From: Chromera velia
Lineage: Eukaryota
DNA length: 57,570 nucleotides
Direction of reading: 5' to 3'
Assembly: GCA_018398765.1 (NCBI GenBank)
Contig: JAHBMJ010000082.1
Span: 1-57,570 of the forward strand
Part shown: positions 49,416 to 57,570 of the stretch, piece by piece
How positions within the stretch are numbered: the stretch's first letter is position 1
Layout: each line of letters opens with the position of its first letter
Notes under the pieces: model-generated
Seen by the model: the letters and a program-made list of their open reading frames with translations, nothing else
The model's database searches: none
What the model was told of the DNA's origin: nothing
Position numbers and translations under genes: made by a program

Positions 49416-51203
49416 CTACTTGTATCCTTTGATCACACAAGGTCGGCGATTCGAGGTGGGGGCAGACAGAGTGACGCTGAGAACCAGCGTTCCGTTTTCT
49501 CCCCCCTGCGCGGCAGAGAGAATCCTCTCCGCCGACCAGCGTCCAACACACACGAAAGACCTTTTTCCGGCCTCAAACGCTTTGTCAGCAGCGGCTGTCC
49601 TAGTGACAGCACCAGCCTGAATCGCGCAGGACAACTTTCCTGCGTCCAGCTCCTCGCTATCCGATTCGAGGAAGATCGTCGTCAGTACTGTTGCCAACCC
49701 CTTCGGGTAGACTTCGAGGTGGAAGGGCCGGCCCTGTGTTGAGACCACGCAGCAGAAACATTGGATCAGGATGACACGCATAGCGACAGCGTCAGGAAGC
49801 AACATGCATCCTCATTCACAAAGGAGGGGTCCACAGGGGCGAAGAAACGGCACGTACTGGAAGAGAGCATGATATGGAGGGGAGTCAGGGGGTAGAAGGG
49901 GGGGGAACTTGAAGGGAGAGCACAGGGGAGGATTAGGGATCTAGTGGGAGCAAACAGAGGCGTCAAGGTTGCAGAAGCGGGGAGAAGAAAAGGCAGTGGG
50001 GAAAAGCATGAAGCGCAAAGGAGTGGAAGTGACCAGAGAGGGAGTCGCGTGAGGACCCGGACAGGCTGAATTGTGAGTCTCGAAACATCCAGAGACTATG
50101 CGTCAAATCAGGATCGGCGAGGAGACCGAAGCTCAGATTCATAAGCAGTCACCTGTGACAGTCATGCTTTGGGGATTCCAAAATACGGCAAAAAGAAAAG
50201 AACCAACCTGAAAGGAGAAGGCCGCGCTCTTCAGCTCCTGGCCTTGCTGCAGGTCAGCAGCTCTTGCCTCATAGCCAGGCAAGTGCACCTGAAAAGTTTG
50301 CACATCCAGAGACGCCTGTGTGGACAGAAGTTTCACGTGCTTCTTGAGGTTCTCGTCGTCGTGCTTGTCCATCTGCTTCCTCTTGACCTGAACCCCACAG
50401 CCCGGCACCTCGCACGAGACGGTCTGCTCTTGGCAGTACTTCTCCATGTGAGAAGATACGAAGTCCCTTATGAAGTTCTCACCGCACCCGTTGGGGCAGG
50501 GAACGGGGACCAGGCCGCACACAGCGAGGTGCGCTACCATTTCCTGGGCGCAGACGGTCTCTTCTTGCAGTACTGGCAGGAGACGGGACGGAAGGGACAC
50601 TCTTTCTTGTGCTGTGCGATGTCGTTACGACTGCACTTCTCCTCACAGCCCTGAAAAGGACACCCCATCTCGTGCTGTTCGCACTCGTCCTTCAGGTGCT
50701 TCTCCAGATCTTTCTTCGTTCCGTTGAATGCGCACCCGTTCTTGAAATGGATGCACTTCCACTTCAACTCGGTGAGGGAGTCTCGGAAGCGCACGTTGGC
50801 GGCCTCCATTTTTGTCATCGTGCCCCTGCAGTCGGGGCAGCGCTTCCGTCTGGCCCCGCCTTGTTCAAACACGGGTTTCAGGCAGGGTCGGCAGTAGACG
50901 TGACGGGCGGGACAATCCGTCTCGACAACATCTTCCAGGAAGTCCTGACAGATCGAGCAGATGGCATTGGCAGCCAGCTTTTCGAACCCCTCGGCAGCAA
51001 AGGAGGAATCGAGGCCTAAACGCTCAATGGCTGGTGCAGGTTCCGAGATCAGGCTGTAGGAAATAAGGACCAATGTATGAGTGTTCTATGTGTGGAGAAG
51101 CAGATCAAGCTTGAGGAGGTTTGAGCGAGTACAACTTTTTTTCACAGGTATACAGATCCCGTCTACACAGCACAGCAGGGGAGAAACGTCACCTTGCTGA
51201 CAT
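49416..51203 (-). pseudogene. Second RING/TRAF-zinc-finger/MATH paralogue with a 2-nt frameshift (pseudogene or assembly error)
   Basis: Exons 51203-51193 (MSAS), 51053-~50208, ~49734-49416. RLGLDSSFAAEGF and VETDCPARHVYCRPC match the 33333 paralogue, with the same intron after FSFQ. An extra AG at 50560-50559 shifts the frame in a zinc finger. Confidence 0.8.
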
Positions 51204-51657
51204 CGTATGTGCCAAATCTAAGTTCGATGAGTCTTTGGAAGCAAGGAGACTTTGAAGGAGTGCACGGTGGACAGCTGTCAGATCGAGAGAGGGAGAGACG
51301 TTTTCAAATTCCGCCGATTACTCCGGTCGAGGCGCGGTGACAGTGCATGGGTGCGCGGAAGCCCGTCGGTGCATGCATGATGCAGTGGCATTCGCACATG
51401 CATGCATATCACATGCATGCACGCGCGAGGGCCGCGACATCCATGCAGCCGAAGGTTTCCAGCATGTTTCCAGCTGAGCTGCACTCAGTGTGACAGTCTG
51501 TGACTTTCGGTGAGCAGTCCGGACCTTCCTTATAAATATAAGTGTTGTCCTCATCCCCCAAAGACCTCATCTGAGCCCCTCGCACACGTGTTCTGCATGA
51601 AAGTTCTCAGACTGTAAATAGAAAGCTGGGGGTCAAATCCCCGTCTCGTAACTATAT

Positions 51658-52428
51658 ATGTTGCAACAATTGTTGGTCGGGTTCCTCCGATGGCTCATTC
51701 CAGAATTGTCGAAAACGCTATTCCTGGAGTCGTTAGCAAGTGGCTTCTGGCGCATTTGGGCAGCATGGCGGAGCCCAGAGTCTGTAGATGCAGGTAGACG
51801 GTACATGCAACGAGATTCCGTGTGCGACGTTTTTGCTATAAACGTCCAAAGCAATGATGCACTAGGTCATGCAAGACTGTCCACGATATGGCTGCGTGTG
51901 TCCGTACCTCTGCGTGTGTGCAGATGGTGTGGCAACAAACTGGTTTGCTTTTGGAGGCACTGTCCGGGTCTCTTCGTGCTTCTCATGATGCTTGCTGGCG
52001 TGACGGTGGCCCTCCCCCTGCTTCCGATGATCGAGAACAAATGGTCTGCCTATGTGCTGGAGGCGATTCCCCTTCTCTTCCTGCCGCTAATCATCCTTGC
52101 CGGATTCGCCATCCCGAGGCTGTATCTAATCATGGAGAGCTGCGCACAACGGCGGAGCTCTGAGGCGTCCATCTTATTTAAGTGCCCTGAAGAAGTTTGC
52201 GGTCGCACATTCACCACCAGAAAAGGCCTCCAAGTCCATTCAAGGCTGCATACAAAGGAAAAAGGGGTAAAGCAAATTCTGAATCGAGTGCCGAGGGGAA
52301 AAGGACACAGGTGTGAAGTTTTATTGGTGGGGTTGAAAAAAAGCAGATGGCAGAGTGAAAAAAGACTCGAAAAACATGCATTTGCAAAGCTGCAAGCTTA
52401 CCTTGAAAAAACAGAGCAGACTACATAG
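51658..52428 (+). CDS. Hypothetical ORF: two hydrophobic segments, a C2H2 zinc finger and a degenerate chromo-like C-terminus
   Basis: FKCPEEVCGRTFTTRKGLQVHSRLH is a canonical C2H2 finger (~52177-52250). It is followed by VKQILNRVPRGKGHRCEVLLVGLKKSRWQSEKRLEKHAFAKLQAYL. True start uncertain (possibly the ATG at 52132). Confidence 0.5.
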   Translation: MLQQLLVGFLRWLIPELSKTLFLESLASGFWRIWAAWRSPESVDAGRRYMQRDSVCDVFAINVQSNDALGHARLSTIWLRVSVPLRVCRWCGNKLVCFWRHCPGLFVLLMMLAGVTVALPLLPMIENKWSAYVLEAIPLLFLPLIILAGFAIPRLYLIMESCAQRRSSEASILFKCPEEVCGRTFTTRKGLQVHSRLHTKEKGVKQILNRVPRGKGHRCEVLLVGLKKSRWQSEKRLEKHAFAKLQAYLEKTEQTT

Positions 52429-53054
52429 ATTTGTCACTGCAATCCTGTCGTGCAGGGTTCTATCCGTTTGTGTCTGCATGTTGAAAGCTTCCCGCTGATT
52501 TCTGAAAAGTTTTTGTTTCGGAGCAGAAGAGCTGCGGCAGACACGCCAATGACCTCAATCCCCTCCATCTACCTCTGCTCTTTCCCACCCTCCTTTCCTC
52601 CGTCTCTCCCTCCCTTCCGGAGTCTTTTTATTTCCTTGAACGGGCTGTTTTGTCCAGCAACAGACTACTTCTTTTGACGGGAAGTTCAGTCAGGTCATCT
52701 TCTCCTACGCCAACCCCACGCAAATGCTAAGCATCCCCCCTCTTTGCATCCATTTGTATCTTTGGTGTGTGTTCATCTCTTCAGCTAGACTTTCTCTTCC
52801 TCGTCCCCCCCACCTCTCGCAAATTCCCCACAACCACAGTCGACTTTCCCCAGTGAAATGATCCGCACAGTTCCTGGATCAAAGCTGATTTGCCCCTGAA
52901 GTTGAAAAGTCATTGACAGTCTCCTTTCTCTTCATTAATTCCATCATCTCTTTCTCTGTCCAAGCCCTCTCTCGCCCTCTCCCTCTCCTTCCTCCCCCCC
53001 CCCCTCTTTCAATTACACACACGCACACGCACACAAGAGAGGGAGAGAGAGTCT

Positions 53055-53074
53055 CGTGTGTGTGTGTGTGTGTC

Positions 53075-53106
<32 letters not shown>

Positions 53107-53151
53107 TGTGTATGTGTGTGTGCGTATGTGTGTATGCGTATGTGTGTGTGC

Positions 53152-53185
<34 letters not shown>

Positions 53186-53218
53186 ATGTGTGTTTGCGTG
53201 TGTGTGTGTGTGTGTGTN

Positions 53219-53283
<65 letters not shown>
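53055..53283. repeat. (GT)n then (CT)n microsatellite
   Basis: Direct reading. Confidence 0.95.
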
Positions 53284-53403
53284 ACTGCTAATTTTGAGCT
53301 CCTAACTCTTTCTAGATCACGAGAAATAAGCCTTCAAAGTTTGTGGAATTTAGTGGAATTTGAACGAGTAGATTCCACGGTAAATTCCACTAAAATCCAT
53401 CAA

Positions 53404-53453
53404 TTGATTGATTGATTGATTGATTGATATGTTCCGCCCTAGGGCCTTCCCGC
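53404..53453 (-). mobile_element. Extremely 5'-truncated non-LTR retrotransposon 3' end with (ATCA)n tail
   Basis: GATATGTTCCGCCCTAGGGCCTTCCCGC matches 53862-53889 at 25/28 and abuts the same (TTGA)n tail. Confidence 0.65.
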
Positions 53454-53841
53454 AAATTCCATTAAATTCCAACTTCCATACAAGGGTAAATTCCATTAAA
53501 TTGCACTAAATTCCTGGGGAATTTAACTTGGTTTTATACGGTAGGTTTATATACAGGTTTGACAGCATTTTATTTTAGTACATATACGGACCTCAATGTG
53601 ATAGAGATGCTTTAATTAATTAATAATTGGAGCTTTGAATCTCTCCAAAATGAGTTTGGATATCCAAACTTGTCATTTGGATCCGAGCACATTCTTTATG
53701 TTCGATCTATAAGTTCCTAGGATATTTTATCTAGTGCTGCTAGTGAAACTATTAAAGCATGCCAATCAGGTTTCTAAGTATTTCTAAGCTTTGTTTAATC
53801 ATATTCTAGATCATATTTCATCTAAAATAAAAAAAAATTAA

Positions 53842-55080
53842 GATTGATTGATCGATTGATTGATATCTTCCACCCTAGAGCCTTCCCGCTATGTCTATCT
53901 GTCGCCAGAGCTAGCAGGGTGGGGCGTTCCCCAACCTAAGCTGAGGTATCAGACCCCGCCCTCAGGGCCCGCCAGAGTCTGTTGCCCTGGCCGCTGCTGC
54001 ATGATTGTTCGTTGTTCGAGCCACGGCTCTGGATCCGTGTTGGCTTTCCGGCCTGAAAATCGATCTGAAACGGTATGCGATTTAGGCTTCCTCGCTCTTC
54101 TTGTTCACTTTATTAATCTTATTCTGCGGCTCCCTCCTTCTCCACCTTAACGCTCCTTCGGTCGTCTTTAAGTTATCAATCGTCTCCTCATATTCTTTTG
54201 TTAGTCTCTCGATCGCCCACTGCTTTCCGGTGATTCCTGCATGTCTGGCCGCCAGAGCGTCTCCCTCTATGTATCCGTACCATCCTAGACACTCCTCAAA
54301 CACCCTCCGTCTGAATGACGCCCATCCCAAAAACTCATCCACTACGGCATGAGATTCATTCAACAGAAAGCAAAAAAGCGTCGAGTTGTCTCTTTTCCCC
54401 TCTTCTCTATTGAGCCCTTCTCTTTCTGTGGCTGCTTTTCTGGCTCTTTCTTCCATCTTGCTGTCCTATTTCTCTTCTATCTTCCTGAACATCTTTGCTC
54501 TCTCTCTGTTAAAAACAGGACATTCTATCACCAGATGGATTTCATCTTCCACCACCTCGATTCCCAACTACCCTCGACAGAACTGGCACGTCTTTTTCTG
54601 TAACGGCACCTTCTTTCCTCCCCTTACCAGAATTTTTCTCTGAGTTGCAGCTACAGCCCTGTCTCCCACCCTGCATGCTGCTCTCCTCCTGTGTTCTGAT
54701 TGCGGCGCCACTCTCGTATAGCAAAAAGGGGCTCTTCTTATTGAATTTCTCTCTCTGTCTATTTTGATTGTCGAGCCAACCTTTCTACCTGCTCTGTCTT
54801 CAAACAAAGAAAGGTGGAGACGGTTTCTGTTTGAAACCTTTCTGTGCATGTCAGCCATTATCACTCCTATTGGTTCTACCTTCTCCTAACTGCTCTTCTC
54901 TCTTATGTTTCTTTCTATTCTATGTGCAAACGCCTCTCTCTTTTTCTCGTTTAGCTCATTTTTTGTTCTCTTCAGCAGCCATCTCTCTACCCCGTCCACT
55001 CTCTCGTTAACTACCTGTATTCCTCTCTGCCCTGCGCTTCTTTTTAGTCTTTCTTTTGCAAAAGGGTGCATTGACTATTT
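53842..55080 (-). mobile_element. Decayed 3' part of a non-LTR retrotransposon (ORF2 C-terminus with CCHC knuckle, RTE-X/L1-like) with (ATCA)n tail
   Basis: One frame read through stops: ...RRRAACRVGDRAVAA...TCQFCRG*LGIEVVEDEIHLVIECPVFNRER...; the CxxC...EDExH...C pattern is typical of LINE ORF2. Tetranucleotide tail at 53842-53863. Confidence 0.8.
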
Positions 55081-55084
55081 GCTA

Positions 55085-55192
55085 GTAGGGATAGCTATCA
55101 TATCGATATCGTATCGTATTGTATCGGTATCGGTATCGAAGTATCGACTATCGGTTCTTTCTCGAACGGCCGAGTATCGGTTAGTATCGGCC
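55085..55192. repeat. TATCG-rich cluster starting TAGGGAT; possible DNA-transposon end truncating the LINE
   Basis: About ten TATCG(G) units right after TAGGGATAG, resembling hAT subterminal arrays; no convincing partner TIR found. Confidence 0.4.
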
Positions 55193-56300
55193 TGCTTAGA
55201 GCTTGTAAAGGACTAGCTGGGTTAATATGTGGCAAGGCGCACGCCGGGCCGGGCCTCAAGACCGGGCGCGGCCTGGCCTAGTAACAACGTATACTATCCC
55301 CAACCGGCTCCATGTATGAATGAATGCGGAACCGGCTCCGAGTCCAACGTACACTGAATTCAGCCTCAGCAGCCAGAACAGCCCGACTTGGCTTCAAGAC
55401 AAGACTACATGTACACTGCATCTGATCTAACAGAGCTTCATCATTTCCGTTTTCTGAATAAAACCGCTTCTGGACAATCAAAGCATCATAACAGCCAGAA
55501 GGGGAAAAATCAAGCTAAAGTGTGGGCATATTATAAACATCAGGCGGATAGAAATTTTGTCTCTTCAGTATACAGAGTTGTTTGACCCGTTGTTGCCCTG
55601 TCGGAGTTAGCTCACTGGCCAACATCCAAACAGCTCAAGGACAGTAATCTTAAGAACCGTCTTTCTACAGTGTTGTCTCTTCTTTTTGTGCCGTCTTGGA
55701 GCTTGAGGAGTGACCGGATCGACCAGGATGTCAACATGGGCGAACTAAAATTCGGAAAGATCAGTCACGACTAAGGTCACTGTCATTCGGTGACATGTAT
55801 ACTTTGTCATTGAAGCTTGCTACTTTACTTGATGTTCAACCACTGAACATACCTCTGATGAGCTTATCTTTTACAAAATCTTGCCACTTGGCGACTCGCT
55901 GCTCGTTTTTCGACGTTGACCTAGCTTCCAGCAACGGTTCGGTCTTCACACCCTTTGAATCACAAAACACATATCAGGACCGTCTATCTGTTTCCCTGTG
56001 AGAACCTTTGTAGTCCAACGTGTTTGTCTTGGTCTCTTTCATGCTTTCACTTATGCATAAGGAACTCCTAATACCGCAAGCAATGCTGTTTTCGTTTTTC
56101 TGGAACTGGATTTGCCCTCCCTGAAATGACCGATGAGTTTGTTACTTGTGCCCGCTCCGCAGAGGAAGGAGAGGGCTTCCCCAAAGTCTAGAAAGCTAAG
56201 GAGTGTCCCACCATGGATGTATTCCGCCAAATTGTTGTAGCTCTGAAGTCTCAGCTAGCTGTTTTGCGTATTGATTAATTTTCATGGAGACGCACACACA

Positions 56301-57570
56301 TGATGATGATGATGATGATTGAGGGTTAAATCCTAGATTTAGTGACGCCAAATCCTAAGCCACTAGCAAGGCTTTGAGGACAACCCAGAGCACACATTTA
56401 TGGGGGGGGGGGATGAGGAAGCCTGCATGCTAATCGGATCGATTCGCCTCAACTTGCCTTATTGACAGAATGGACCTTCTTGAGACAGTCGGTTATAGCT
56501 TTGGAACCGCTTCTAGGCAGAATTGTGCACAACAGCAACACCATATCCTTCATTTTTTTCTTATTATCAGAAGTATCCCTCCCAGTTGTACCTGCAACGC
56601 GTTGTGCGATCTGTATTCTTATGTTAATGGGTGCTTTCTGCTTCACAATTTCGTACAGTTCTTTCAGCCTGTTCCGTTCCCTTTCTGTGTCCTTACATTC
56701 CGTCAGAACATGAACCTCATCTTTGATCACANCGAGGGGGACAAACATTTATCGCACAGCCGTTCCGGTTGGGTTCTATCTATATCCCCCCCTGTGAGAG
56801 CCCTGAAAAGCGTACGGAAGCCTGCGGAGGACTGCAACAGACTCTTTGGCAGAGGTTCAACACTGCACTCTATCATTTCACTTCTCGGACGCCATTTCCT
56901 TTCACTCAGAAGGTGCATGGCCAAACGCTGTCTGGACGGATTCTCTGATTGGAAAGGGGAGAGATTCGCAAGGTGGGGAAAAATTCCGTCTCTGTCTCTA
57001 ACGTTTCTAGTTTCTTCTTTCAACCAGTCGGACAGCCAGGCACCCTCTACGATCTTTTTTGCCGCCCTTTTCCTTCTGCCCTTGCCCTTCCCTTTAAACT
57101 TGTCCCCCACCGTGCTTGGCAATGGAGGCCACAAAAGGGAGCAATCTAATGGAACGGCCAGCCATTTTACTGTCTTAACGAAGGGTTCACATGAGCCAGC
57201 CAAGCACTCATTCCACACTGCCCGGGGTAGAGCACGGTCGATCGATTTGATGCATTGGATGAAGCCCCCACTCAACTTACCAAGTAGAGAACTGAATGGC
57301 TCGAGAGAGAGAGAGAGAAGGGAAGGCGAAACAAAGGAGTGATGGGAGAGACCAAAACAACATCGAACAAAACGTAACTGTAATGCATCGAGGCAGGCAA
57401 CATCTGTCTTTCTCAGCGGGATCGTTTCCAGTCCATACAGCGCGACTGGCAGCCAGAGGGCCTTGAACAAAGTAATTTTAGAAAAGGGAGAAACAAAGCC
57501 CAGAGAAGAGAGAGTACCAAACACCGCCCCCAAAGCCTTCTCTGCCGCCTCAATGCGGGCTTCGACTGTC
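56301..57570 (-). mobile_element. Non-LTR retrotransposon (RTE-X-like) ORF2 C-terminal region, 3' UTR and (ATC)n tail; continues beyond the window
   Basis: Post-RT motif KITLFKALWLPVALYGLET...LDALQLRFVRCCFGL; knuckle ERLCDKC...KDEVHVLTEC; stop at 56449; (TGA)n at 56301-56319. The frame break coincides with an N at 56732. Confidence 0.88.

Noticed and set aside
53960..55071. Ciliate-type TAR=Gln genetic code
   Set aside because: Genes in the window terminate with TAG or TAA (5376, 21663, 47432), so these codons are stops here.

Overview
Eukaryotic nuclear DNA: multi-exon genes with GT-AG introns full of microsatellites, AT-rich tracts at gene 3' ends, TGCATG-rich promoter regions and three N gaps. 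The style (intron microsatellites, GTCAGT/GTCCGT donors, RI-like LRR and RING-TRAF-MATH paralogues) resembles the chromerid alveolate Chromera velia; this is an inference, not verified. Manual exon stitching gives an ABHD17-like alpha/beta hydrolase (+), a CRAL-TRIO/SEC14 protein (-), a large LRR protein (+), an ARL5-like Arf GTPase (-), two RING/TRAF-zinc-finger/MATH paralogues (-, one frameshifted), a TRM2/TRMT2A tRNA m5U54 methyltransferase (-), a PPR-motif protein (+), a TM/C2H2/chromo-like ORF (+) and a signal-peptide pseudogene (-). Mobile DNA comprises two non-autonomous TIR elements (one hAT-like with an exact 8-bp TSD, one flanked by TA/CTAG) and 3' portions of two distinct non-LTR retrotransposons plus a 50-bp 3'-end stub. 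The most unusual structure is a 233-bp duplicate of the TRMT2A terminal exon and its acceptor lying beyond the first TRAF gene, usable either as an alternative last exon or as a borrowed 3' UTR exon. No CRISPR array, rRNA or tRNA gene was recognised. Most short ORFs in the track are microsatellite or antisense artefacts.
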